Source of the DNA: Tubiluchus corallicola | Lineage: Eukaryota; Animalia; Priapulida | Assembly (NCBI GenBank): GCA_030141605.1 | Contig: JAQGDQ010000618.1 | Coordinates: 1-64,000 of the forward strand | Length of the DNA: 64,000 nt | Direction of reading: 5' to 3' | Part shown: one piece after another, positions 11,801-25,589 of the stretch | How the letters are laid out: the number at the start of each line of letters is the position of its first letter | Numbering within the stretch: position 1 is the first letter of the stretch | The notes under the pieces: model-generated | Databases searched by the model: none | Told to the model about the DNA's origin: nothing | The model's input: the letters and a program-made list of their open reading frames with translations, nothing else | Program-made: the position numbers and the translations under genes

Positions 11801-14800
11801 ACCTGCGAACCGATAAATGACAAGAGCACAAAAATAAAGAGTTGAAAAAGTCGCTCCACCTGCGAACCGATAAATGACAAGAGCGCAAAAATAAAGAGGC
11901 GAAAAAGTCGTTCCACCTGCGAACCGATAAATGACAAGAGCGCAAAAGTAAACAGGTGAAAAAGTCGTTCCACCTGCGAACCGATAAATGACAAGAGCGC
12001 AAAAATAAAGAGGTGAAAAAGTCGCTCCACCTGCGAACCGATAAATGACAAGAGCGCAAAAGTAAACAGGTGAAAAAGTCGTTCCACCTGCGAACCGATA
12101 AATGACAAGAGCGCAAAAGTAAACAGGTGAAAAAGTCGCTCCACCTGCGAACCGATAAATGACAAGAGCGCAAAAATAAAGAGGTGAAAAAGTCGTTCCA
12201 CCTGCGAACCGATAAATGACAAGAGCGCAAAAATAAAGAGGCGAAAAAGTCGTTCCACCTGCGAACCGATAAATGACAAGAGCGCAAAAGTAAACAGGTG
12301 AAAAAGTCGCTCCACCTGCGAACCGATAAATGACAAGAGCACAAAAATAAAGAGGTGAAAAAGTCGCTCCACCTGCGAACCGATAAATGACAAGAGCGCA
12401 AAAGTAAACAGGTGAAAAAGTCGTTCCACCTGCGAACCGATAAATGACAAGAGCACAAAAATAAAGAGGCGAAAAAGTCGCTCCACCTGCGAACCGATAA
12501 ATGACAAAAAAGTTGTCCGGCCAGTGAAAGGGTTAACGTCCACTCACTGTTGTTAGTTTAAAGCATTAGTCCCTTCAATTTAGTTTAAGGATGAACACAT
12601 GAATCACATTCTCACTTCTCATCATTAGAACATCACGCTTACCTTTGCCGGATACTGCGTTCCGTTCAGAGGCAAAACGTCGGCTAACGAGCATTTGACG
12701 GCGACGGCGGGCAGTTTGAGATACTCGTCCATGATGAGACGAAGCCGGGTGTACGGAAGTCGCTCCGTGTTTCCGAAATCGATGTAGAACACGTCGACTA
12801 GCCGACTTCCGGGCAGATGAACCACCTCGGCTCTGTACCAGAAGTTGTCCACCGTGTATTGAGCAACGCAGGCCATACCTGAGACAACAAGTACTCATAG
12901 TAAAGCAAGAAAATCGGTTTATAGTATTGCACTTCGTTTGCTGTGGTTTTAAATGATTTTGGTTTCTTATAGCAGTTTTCACCGGGGCTTCTTAACTGTG
13001 GAATCTCTACCAGCAAACTGGTTGAAACAACAAGTACTCATAGTAAAGCAAGAAAATCAGTTTATAGTATTGCACTTCGTTTACTGTAGTTTTAAATGAT
13101 TTTGGTTTCTTATAGCAGTTTTCACCGGGGCTTCTTAACTGTGGAATCTCTACCGGCGAACTGGTTACTTATTAACTGGACATTAACTCACACGAACAGG
13201 TACTTTCTATCACTAGAACATAGGCTATAATAATTTCATTTTTAAAACTCTATTCATATTTATATTTTTATTTTTCTGCCACAAGCCGTAACCCATTCTT
13301 CTAAGTTGTTTGAGAAGTTCTTTGTCTAAGTTCTAAGCTACTGAACTTATTTGAGACGAAATGTATAAAAATAAGTTAAGTGACATAGCTTTTTAAAACA
13401 TACATATGTATTAGAATAGAAAAAATTTGACAATATAAACGTTTGGCTAAATGAATGTAAGTACAACAATTTAATAGCTGGAATCACTTGTAATGAGTGA
13501 AGTTCGCTCTACGACCAAAACCCATGACCTAGGAGTAACTAACACAATGAAAACTGGCCAGAATAAGCCCACACTGTGTTAAAAATGCGTTAACGTTTCA
13601 GGAACGCACCACTTGAAATAGGTCTTATAAGACCTACGATTTTCTGCTACCGTATGAGCACAGACATAACTAAATGATTACAAATTAGGTACTGTTCCAT
13701 TCAGGAGAATCTCGGCTATCCAATTCTGATATTTGTTTAAACATATATAAGTGATTTATTTGGATAAAATTACGAAAAAAACATGTCCTTTTCAAACACT
13801 CGGACTTAGCCTATCAAGTAGCTTAGTCTGGTGTACACTTGCATGATCGTCCACACTATATTATTGATTGTCTGCTTGCTACAGTCCAAGCTGTGCAGTG
13901 TGCTGCTGCTATTCCAGGAAAAACCAACCAATATGCCAAGGACAAATTAAGGTCGTCTCATCTTTTAAAAGGAACTTCTCCTTAAAAATAGAATAGACTT
14001 GAAACCAAAATATATTAGAGTTTGAGCCTGGATAGTTGAAATTCTCTGAATTAGCCAATTTCACACAGGTGATACTGTGCATTGTTGTATTGCAAACACT
14101 GCGGTTACTGAAAGCTTTTTTCAATTTATTCATCACAAATCGATTTTTAATTTGTCTAAGACAAGCAAATGCATTTCATATATAATTTTGCAAGAAAATC
14201 CATTGTATGAGGAGTAGAAACCTACAAAAATTATCAAATACAACATAATCGTTGCCTAGTGAGGCCAGTTTTACATGAACCCATGCAAAATGTAGCAAAC
14301 TCTTGGTCCTGAAGGAGTTAAACTGGAGCTGGCTTCATGTTTACTGACTCTGACTCCTCCCAAAACTAAACTCACTCTCACATATAACATGTTCACAATA
14401 CGGTAATGCAGCAAAGCAAACAGAAACACTTGTTATCTACCTTTCCTAGGACAGTAAACTTTGTATAAACTGGCTTCATCACTACTATACTTCTGTGCCA
14501 TCCTCTTCATCATGCCAGCCAGAAACGTGGCTTCCTGATCAATCTGGACAATAAGAAACATTATTTACGTCATGCGTGAAGTAAACAAACAACAACAACA
14601 CCGCATTATCGATAATGATGGAAGTAACACACGGTTAGTCAAATTTTGATGCCAAATCTAAAAGACAGAAATATAAAATGTTCGAACACGACCTGCATTT
14701 GAACCAGGGACCTTGGGCTTACAAGGCCGACATCATCACCATCAAGCTACTGTTTCCCAATGAATATGACAGTGCAAAGTTCATCGTTTACAGCTTGTCT

Positions 14801-17800
14801 ACTAAATTCAGCATTTCCGGTGTAACTGCTCACACCAGAATAATTCTAACTGGTTAGATGATTTAATTTTGAATAATTTTGAGCTTGAATGTGAACATTA
14901 AATAGTAAGTACTAAGCACTCACATCTTATGTAAAAAATTTGTCAAATGGGTTGTTCAACCCAGTGCAGGGCAAGTGTTTTTGCTAAACTTTCCCCTAAG
15001 TGGCGACTTCTAGCTAAAATTAGTGGTGGTGGTGCTTCTGAAAATTTTTAGCCATTGTTTTAATACTGTGTAAAATGAAACCAACATACGTAATTTAATG
15101 TTGTAATTTGTAATTGTAATTTTAAATAAACAAACGTATGAAAGTTTATACATACACTTGATAAAATCCTAAACGATAGAATATTTTACTAATAGTCTAA
15201 ATTGTCGTAGTTCAAGCTTGATCTATTCACGGTAAGCATGTGATAAATGACAACAAACTGGGTGAGTGACAGTACTTTCTCTACCCAGGCACGGCCACAT
15301 GTGCACAACATCGCAGTGCTGGAGCTCACTTTTCTGGACCGTAAAGCAAACAGTACTACCCTCACGTGCTCTAGTTCCGTATAAGTATAAAGAAAATGAC
15401 CTATTATTAAGTATTATCGATAAAATAGAGTGAAAACAGGTGGTGCTGCAGTTTTACAGTACTGATACATGAGCCGTCACTGCTTTCCTTGTGAAACAAG
15501 TAGGTACTAACCTGCTGTACATAGAATTCGTCTATCCCATAAGCGTGGCACACAAGAACATTGATTTTCGCACCGACTTCCAGTGGTTTGGAGGTCAAAA
15601 ATCGTCGCTGTTTACCCAGTTTGCTGGCTGTAACAATCAAAGGAAAAAAATCTATTGAATTGAAGTGAAATTCAACATCAGTTCCTAACTGCAATTTGTC
15701 TTAACTGTGGCACTGTCTTAAATTCTACGACATTACCATGTTGTACGAGCCAAATGAACAAAACTAGACCAATTTCACCAGGTAAAAAGTATGCATCTGA
15801 TACTAAAAGTATGCATCTGATACTAAAAGTATGCATCTGATACTAAAAGTATGCATCTAATACTAAAAGTATGCATCTAAAATAAAAGTATGCATCTGAT
15901 ACTAAAAGTATGCATCTAATACTAAAAGTATGCATCTAATACTAAAAGTATGCATCTAATACTAAAAGTACGCATCTAAAATAAAAGTATGAACCTAATA
16001 CTAAAAGTATGCATCTAAAATAAAAGTATGCATCTAATACTAAAAGTATGCATCTAATACTAAAAGTATGCATCTAATACTAAAAGTATGCATCTAATAC
16101 TAAAAGTATGCATCTAATACTAAAAGTATGCATCTAATGCTAAAAGCATGCATCTAATGCTAAAAGTACGCTTCTAATACTAAAAGTACGCATCTAAAAT
16201 AAAAGTATGCATCTAATACTAACAGATGCATCTAATACTAAAAGTACGCATCTAATACTAAAAGTACGTATCTAAAATAAAAGTATGCATCTAATACTAA
16301 CAGATGCATCTAATACTAAAAGTACGCTTCTAATACTAAAAGTACGCATCTAAAATAAAAGTATGCATCTAATACTAACAGATGCATCTAATACTAAAAG
16401 TACGCATCTAATACTAAAAGTACGTATCTAATATAAAAGTATGCATCTAATACTAACAGATGCATCTAATACTAAAAGTACGCTTCTAATACTAAAAGTA
16501 TGCATCTAAAATAAAAGTATGCATCTAATACTAAAAGATGCATCTAATACTAAAAGTACGCATCTAATACTAAAAGTACGCTTCTAATACTAAAAGTATG
16601 CATCTATCCAACTAATACTTTGGTAAGTTGAATATCAAAGTTTTTAAACAAGTGGCGCATATTTTTCTACACTTTGTCTCAAGGAACGAGCAGTGAAAAA
16701 CAACGATAATTGAAATAGTGAATTTTCAAAGCAAAACATCAATTCGCACACAATACATAGACATAGATGTGACATTTATTTTCTCCAATTAGTTTAACAT
16801 CAAAAGTTTTTTAAATATTAAGTAATTATAATCGTGGAGCAGGGCAGGGAAGGACCATAGTGTCATCTAGTCTCCTGCCCTTTCTTATAAGTAGATTAGT
16901 CATATTAAAAATTAATGCAGATAACAACAACAAATAAGAAAATAATACAAATAAAAGCAGTATAAATGATACAAATTATCCAAAAAGAATTGAAAACAAA
17001 AAAAAATAAAGTTGGATACCAAAATCTAAACAAAACAATAGAATTATTCAGTAATTAGGATTACTGAATAATACAAGCTCAACAAATACAACCTCAAATA
17101 AAAGACAAACTAAAAACAATCTTGTCAGACAAAGCCTAAAATACAAAAATTTCACTAAGAGCCACTGCTGCGCTATCTTCACTACCTTTTGCTTCTTCCG
17201 ATTCTACGTGGACGAAGCAAGCGTGCTCCAAAAACACAAGAGCATCCCTCACGGAAACCGGACAGTCACTCTCTATGTGTTCATTTGGCTGTTTGCACAA
17301 ATCCACCAGGAACTTTCTCCCTTCCTCTTCTAGGATCTGAGCAAAAGCAAAAACATTCCCCAAATATAAACACATACAGTAAACACATTCACGAGGAAAA
17401 AAACAAAATTTTAAGTAATGACAAACTTAATTATGGTAACTTAGCCACGGGGGGGCGGGGGGGGGAAGCCAGCCCAACTCAGTGCCGGTCCCAAGCACGG
17501 ATAAATAGGGAGGGTTAGGGTCAGGAAGGGCATCCGCCTGTAAAAACTGCGCCAAAACCTTCTATGAATGAGTCGGTGAGACTTAAAGGTAAAGTCCACA
17601 AAGAAGTGGTCAGACCCGCTCTAATCTATGGGCTGGAAGCAGCTTCTCTAAAGAAGACCGAAGAGAAGAAAATGGGTGTGGTGGAGATGAGGATGTTGAG
17701 ATGGATGGTGGGAATAACAAGAAGAGATAAAATTAGAAATAACAATATCAGAAGAACAGTAAAAGTAGTGGAAGCCTCGCAAGATTGCGATGGTATGGAC

Positions 17801-20800
17801 ACCTGAAAAGAAGAGTCGGTGAAGATCTTGTGGGAAGGGAAGACATAAATGAAGAGATGGTCAACAACCAGGAATGCGTGGAAAAGACTCATTCAAATGG
17901 TGACCCCGAATAGGGAAAAGCTGGAAGAAGAAGAAGAAGAAGAAACTTAATTATGGTGATTTAATTAGTCATTTTCTACAGGGTGTCCTAGAAGTCACTT
18001 CACATTTTCTATATTTAGGGGAAATTTGAAACAGCTTCTATGAAAGATATTTTTATAGGCTTATATTTTTATACAGTCATACCTCTGTTTCGACCATAAT
18101 TCGTTCCTAAAAAATGTTTGAAAACCAAATTGGTTGAGTACAGGAATCATTTATTCTCATAAGAAATAATGTAAAAGCAAATAATCCGTTCTCATCACCA
18201 ACTGAACTGTAAAGTATTACTAAAACGAAATATAATAATGCAAAAATGTTTATTCAAACAGTAGACATGATATGATTGATAAAAAAAGTAATAGAATTAC
18301 TTTGAAAGAAAAACATAATTATTCCTGTACGAAAAAACCTTACGTGTTGGTAGCAGTGTGATGGCATACATAGGAAACATGGGAAACATGTGCATGACTA
18401 CTCTCGGGCGCAGTCGGTTACGCTCGGCTCTGCTCGGCTCGTTGCACGCGTTCATCACGTGTTTGGCGGCCGGACGAGTACCGAAATTCTGATCGAGAGC
18501 GGAGACAATTTCAGCTGGAATTTTTTGATCGAAAACCGATCTGTACGAGTACTGAGACGTTTGAAAACGGAGGAATGACTGTATATCCCCAAAAATTTCC
18601 ATACAAAGTTATATTACCTTGCATTGTACTAATTTGTTTGAAGGACTAATGTAATTAGCAAAGAAAATTCTCAATAATTTAAAGCATCATCGCCCACTGG
18701 TAAAACGTCACTGATTCACTATCCCAGTGTGCACCACTGGTTCACCAAAAACACATTATTGATCTTATTCACAAGATAATTTAAACTTTTCTCTGAATAA
18801 ATGGCAAAAAAGTCATTCTGCCAATGAAAGGATTGACCAAATAATTAAATTTCTTGATTTAGTCAGGAAAAAGTAAAAAAAACTCACGGTCATCAATACC
18901 GGACTATTCGCCACCATGTGAGCAAAGTCGTTTGTCGCCGCTCTTGACCAACTGGATTTCTGAAAAACACGAAACAAAACAGAAGCTGTTGTAAGACGTA
19001 AAATGAAATGAGAAACTTCAAAAGATTGAAACTTCTAAAAGCAAAAACTGAAGTGTCTAATTTAAAATGTAAAACAAATTATAGCATAACCAGAAAGAGT
19101 GTGGACAGTTTTAGATGCAGAACAGCTGCTTATAAATTCAATTTTATTCCTCAGGTTTCTTATCTATGGAATTCACTGCCAGGATAATCTTTCCTTTACT
19201 ACCTTCACAAATTTCAAAGAAATGTACTCATATACAGCTGCTGTCATAAACAGGACGGTTACAGCATCTTTTGACTTGATATCCCTTTAACTAGAGTGGC
19301 ACTTTGGAGTGAAATGAATAAGAAAAAATGCTGCGGGGGCAAATAGTATAAAACATGAAACTGATGCTGGAAATGTTTGCAAAAATTGTGAAGATGCATA
19401 AATTTCCAAATGCATAAATTACATTTGTAATAAAGGCACTTTTAAATGTACATTCTTGTACACACTACTAAATAAAAGATAATATTATACACATGGCAAC
19501 GTGCCTTACTGTGACATGAAGCCCCACTAAACAGCAAGACATATCAATCGTTATGAAAAAATGAAGCCATAGTTTTTATCAAGATTTAACCAGCATAATG
19601 AGTTCGGAATCAATCGCAAATATATCACTTCATTTCGCAGAAATTTAGTTCGCATTTTTTCCCGGTTTACAATCTATGCAAAAAAACTCATCAGGTCAGA
19701 AACTCATACAGCATGAGGTACAACGGAGTGCCATACGAGCTGTTTGAAACTTGATACTTTCTACAGTAAACTTTTTGAATAAAGTTTTTGTAACACTACA
19801 CTGTTTAAATATTTTTAAAAAAAACTATGTTTGTGAAGAGGAAATTGCGCAGATAATAGTACTTTTTACAGATGCGTTGAGTTTAAAAGTTTAACCGAGA
19901 CAATCATATTAATGCAACGTACAAATAACGAAGAAAAAATGAAATAATGGATTAAAAACTTAATTAATGGCAGGTGAGCCCGATATTAGCGACATCACAA
20001 ACGAACATAATTTTCAACAGCAAAGATATTCCGCGAGCGTGTTGAAGAAAATTGAAGTACACTGCTACTGTACAACATTCAGTATGATATAGAAATACTG
20101 AGCAGATTTTTGTTTATAAATTTAAATTCCAAGCTTATTGCTGTGTCATCATCATGCGATTTCACCACAAACGTGTGCTACCTCACAAATTAATTGAGAG
20201 GTACAACGCCTGTTTTTTTTTGTGTAACGCACTTATGAAATATAGACACTGTGCCCATCTAACTAGCGAATGGCAAAATGCATGTCACTGGGCGAAAATG
20301 CGAAACTAAACTTCAATGGCGATAATTCTTTCACGTAAGTCACTCTTAAAAACCAATTATGTTCTCTTTGAATATTTTGTACATTAGATTATATTGAGCT
20401 AAAGTTTAGAAATGAGTTCTGTTCCGCAAAGACAAGACAAGAGACTAAATAAGCTGCTATTTGCCGAAGAAAAACAAGAAAATTAACCCTCATGTAACCA
20501 GGCACATAATCCAAGGTTTTAAATTTTTTTTTAAAATTTCATGTTAGAACTATTAAACCGAGTGAATAGTAACTAACTATGATTCACAAGAAAAAAAAAT
20601 AAACAGTACAGTACATACATTCTCAGAAGGAGTGATATCCCAGAGCCCACATTTCAAACTCAACTCTGACTCCCTCAGAAATTTTGCTGGAGCGAATCTC
20701 ATCCTGCAAATGTGAACCATGAAAAGTAGCAACTCAAATAAAATGTCAGTCACTTGTTCAAATACTATTTCTTTTAACGGTTAACTCCACTGCAAACATT

Positions 20801-23800
20801 AAAATCATGTGTTTATTGGGAAATCGAATTCTTGCGTTAACAATAACAGCCAGCATGTGTTTAAGCAAAGACATGGTTATTTATTCCAGCACTTTCATCT
20901 GCAATGTTTCAACCATAACATGGTCATTCTAATCTAACACAACCATAACATCGTCATTCTAATCTAACACAACCATAACATGGTCATTCTAATCTAACAC
21001 AACCATAACATGGTCATTCTAATCTAACACAACCATAACATGGTCATTCTAATCTAACACAACCATAACATGGTCATTCTAATCTAACACAACCATAACA
21101 TGGTCATTCTAATCTAACACAACCATAACATGGTCATTCTAATCTAACACAACCATAACATGGTCATTCTAATCTAACACAACCATAACATGGTCATTCT
21201 AATCTAACACAACCATAACATGGTCATTCTAATCTAACACAACCATAACATGGTCATTCTAATCTAACACAAATATGTGCATACAAAATCAAAATTCGGG
21301 TCCAAAAATCCACATTATGAAAAGTAAACAACATCATTTCTGAACAGTAAACTTACATTGCCAGAAAAAATAAATTTACTCCAAAATACATTCATTCTCT
21401 GACCAAAGTCTGTCCATGGCAATAAGAGAAACCTTTGCACTAAATATATGAGGAACACTGTAAGTCTGTGCATGACAATAAGAGAAACCTTAGCACTAAA
21501 CACATGAGCAACACTGTAAGTCTGTGCATGGTAAGTCTGTGCATGGCAATAAGAGAAACCTTCGCACTAAACACATGAGCAACACTGTAAGTCTGTGCAT
21601 GGTAAGTCTGTGCATGGCAATAAGAGAAACCTTCGCACTAAACACATGAGCAACACTGTAAGTCTGTGCATGGTAAGTCTGTGCATGGCAATAAGAGAAA
21701 CCTTCGCACTAAACACATGAGCAACACTGTAAGTCTGTGCATGGTAAGTCTGTGCATGGCAATAAGAGAAACCTTTGCACTAAACACATGAGCAATACCA
21801 TAACACTGTGCATGGCAATAAGAGAAACCTTTGCACTAAACACATGAGCAACACTGTGTGAGCCTGTGCATGGTAAGTCTGTGCACGGCAATAAGAGAAA
21901 CCTTAGCACTAAACATATGAGCAACACTGTAAGTCTGTGGATGGCAACAAGAGAAACCTTTGCACTAAACACATGAGAAACACTGTAAGTCTGCGCTTGG
22001 CAATAAGACAAACTTTGCACTAAACACATGAGCAACACTGTAAGTCTGTGCATGGCAATAAGAGAAACCTTTGCACTAAACACATGAGCAACACTGTAAG
22101 TCTGTGCACAGCAATAAGAGAAACCTTTGCGCTAAACACATGAGCAACACTGTAAGTCTGTGCACGGCAATAAGAGAAACCTTTGCGCTAAACACATGAG
22201 CAACACTGTGTAAGCCTGTGCATGGTAAGTCTGTGCATGGCAATAAGAGAAAGCTTAGCACTAAACACATGAGCAACACTGTAAGTCTGTGCATGGCAAT
22301 AAGAGAAACCTTTGCACTAAACACATGAGCAACACTGTAAGTCTATGCACGGCAATAAGAGAAACCTTTGCGCTAAACACATGAGCAACACTGTAAGTCT
22401 GTGCATGGCAATAAGAGAAAACTTAGCACTAAACACATGAGCAACACTGTAAGTCTGTGCATGGCAATAAGAGAAACCTTTGCACTAAACACATGAGCAA
22501 CACTGTAAGTCTATGCACGGCAATAAGAGAAACCTTTGCACTGAACACATAAGCAACACTGTAAGTCTGTGCACGGCAACAAGAGAAACCTTTGCACTAA
22601 ACACATGAGCAACACTGTTTTTCTGTGCATGGCAATAAGAGAAACCTTTGCACTAAATATATGAGCAATACTGTAAGTCTGTGCATGGCAATAAGAGAAA
22701 CCTTTGCACTAAATATATGAGCAATACTGTAAGCTGTGCATGGCTGTAAAAGAAACCTTTGCACTAAACACATGAGCAACACTGTAAGTCTGTGCACGGC
22801 AATAAGAGAAACCTTTGCACAGAACCAAAAAGTAAAGTTAATCATTAACCTCTGGGTAAAGTTTTTCATCAAAATAGTTTCAGAAATGCACAAATCAAAG
22901 TCAGATCGTAATATTGTGAAATTATCAACCCTAAACAAGTTTTGAATCTACAAACGGTGCTCAAGGATTGACAAGCGTGGCGCTGAATTTTTTTATTAAA
23001 AATTAGAAACAAACAAGTGAAAATTAAAAAAAACTGAATTTCACCATTCGTATTTGCGAATCAAAGGCTCAAATGACATAAAGATCGACAAGGCTAAAAA
23101 AACTACAGCAAAACTTACCTATCGACAGACACTATTTCCGTGTTCCCATAGTCGTAGTAGTAGACTTCTACTCTACAATTTGGATCCCTTGTAGACATTG
23201 GTCCATCTAGGTCGCGGTTTTCACTCAAGACGATTCTCCTTACTATGGCTCTGTACCATTTATCATCTTGACTGAACTTCACTAGGTATGACTCATCTGA
23301 AAGAGGATGAATACGGCTATACGAATATGAGAGTGTTAAAGGATAAGTTCGGTCTCTCGGGAAGCTGAGCTTATTTTAATTGTTGGTGTCAAGCAATTTA
23401 ATCTAGCATTCTATAATTATTTGTTTTTTTCCGTATTTTTACAAACACGCATTTCCTGAAAGTGTTTAAAACGAAGCCAGCCTCAGTCATGTGACCTAAC
23501 CTTTAGTAGTATACGCCACGTATCAATCACACTAGTTTTTACACGTAGTTTGATTTTTTGTTGCCGCTATGCTGATCATGCCGTTTGGTGATACTTGCAT
23601 TGCTTTGTCGATTTTGTTACAATTTAAGAGTCACTAGTTGTATTTTCAAGCCAAAGTTGTCACCAGTAAATGTAAGTCACCATCAACTTTAATAATTAGT
23701 TAATGGTTTAAATTGGTTAGAATTGCTTCAAATGTCTAGAATCATAAAGTAATAATTTGTGTTTCAGTCTTCTTAAATCTAATTTTTCATTTTGTCTAAA

Positions 23801-25505
23801 TAGTAATAACCTTTAGCACGTTCTTAAGCACTTTTTGTGATCTGTTATTTTAATAAATTGCAGGTCTATCACGCAGTTCAATACTAATTCTTGGCGTTTC
23901 TTTGCCTGGACTGGGCGCATCCACATCAATATTCGAGGAAAGTGTTAGCAATTCTCAGCAATGAAACTTTGATAAGCGAGTCGTGCAATTAGTAGTAAAA
24001 TCCATTTAAATTCACGATCGTTTCAAGTTTGGGCACGCTAAATTTGAACAAAAAATGGCACCATCCAGTTTTCCTTGCGACACTTGTCTCACAAACTGTA
24101 GCTGCAAAGTTTCTACAGTTTTTATTATGAAATACAAACAATCCAAAATTCTAAATCAGAAATTACCAATAACATTTATTGATTTTTGACGAATCACATT
24201 GTCCAATATTTAACGTAAACCAGCTGCCCATAATAAGGCAGGGATGAGAATGACAAGTTGCAAAAAACTCTGAAGCAGGCCGGGGGTTTGGGGGCCGCGT
24301 AGCCAGCAACAAATTGCAATTTTGTGACCACAGAGAGCCTCTAAGTGGACTTAAAATATCAATTACCTTGTTTCATGCATAATTTAAAATACCCAACTAT
24401 CAAGGATACATGATACCTAATTGTCTGAAAAATGCCTAAGTAATGGCCGCTCCTATGCAAAAGTATATAAAAACTGTCTGCAATTGACTCAAATAACTCC
24501 GTACAATTGATTCTATATTTTTATACATAGAGATATACACGTGGTTACACTGATGTACGTGATGTAAACAAAGTGACGGCCTGCCAACTAGCGGTCAGTT
24601 TGTGAAATAATGTGCTGGGTCCTTAAAAATTTTCTCAACAAATTTACACGATTTATAAAAATGGCACTACTGGTCTTCCAAAAACTCGGAATTCTGCGTA
24701 TCCGCGGAAAATTCTCATCCCTGAATAATATAATAACCTCTAACTCACCTATTAATGTCTGGTTATATGTATATATGTTGGCTTATTAAATGTGTTTATG
24801 TGCTTGAAACATTATAGCATGTGTTTTGAAGCATTGAGACATGTGGTTTCTTTGTATTTGTTGTAGTCATTGTTGCTTCTCATGATGTCGTAATTTTTAC
24901 GCCTGCAACTCCAACAACCACAACATCTGCTTGTAAACAAAATTATTTCCCTCTAACCTGTCATCTGTGGAATTCTCTAAGAGAAAATTGTTTCCTAGTT
25001 AACTACAACCTCACCTATTTCAAGAGGAATGTTAACAGCTACTCACTATCACTTATTCGGCATAGATTAACAAAGCAAAATTATTCTATTTTTAAAAATT
25101 CTAGCTCCTCCATCCTTCCATCTTTCTACTGTAGGCTTGCTTTAGATGATTTTTACAAAAAAAAAGATAAAAATACACCCTCATGACACTAAACAAATGA
25201 TTATAACCAAGCAACATTAACACCTAAATTACGACACAAGACGGTTTAGTCTAGTGGTAACGCGTCTGCTTTCCGTCTGGGAGGACGTGAGTTCGAACCA
25301 GCGGCCGGGTCATACCAAAGACTTTAAAAATCACACCAGCTGTTGCCCTGCCTGGCGCGTGGGATCTAGGGTAAAAGTGGGGTAATAATAGTCCCTGTTA
25401 TGTATTTGTAGATTGTTATTTGTAGTCGGCGATAATAGCTCTTTGAGCTAATGTTAATTGTTGACCCAAAAGCCGACTTTAAATAAAGATTATTATTATT
25501 ATTAC

Positions 25506-25589
<84 letters not shown>

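Noticed and set aside
11505-12543. 317-aa and 335-aa repetitive ORFs
   Set aside because: Artefacts of the 57-bp tandem repeat inside an intron.
14680-14750. tRNA-like sequence on the minus strand (A-box/B-box-like motifs)
   Set aside because: No clear cloverleaf; most likely a decayed SINE head, too weak to annotate.
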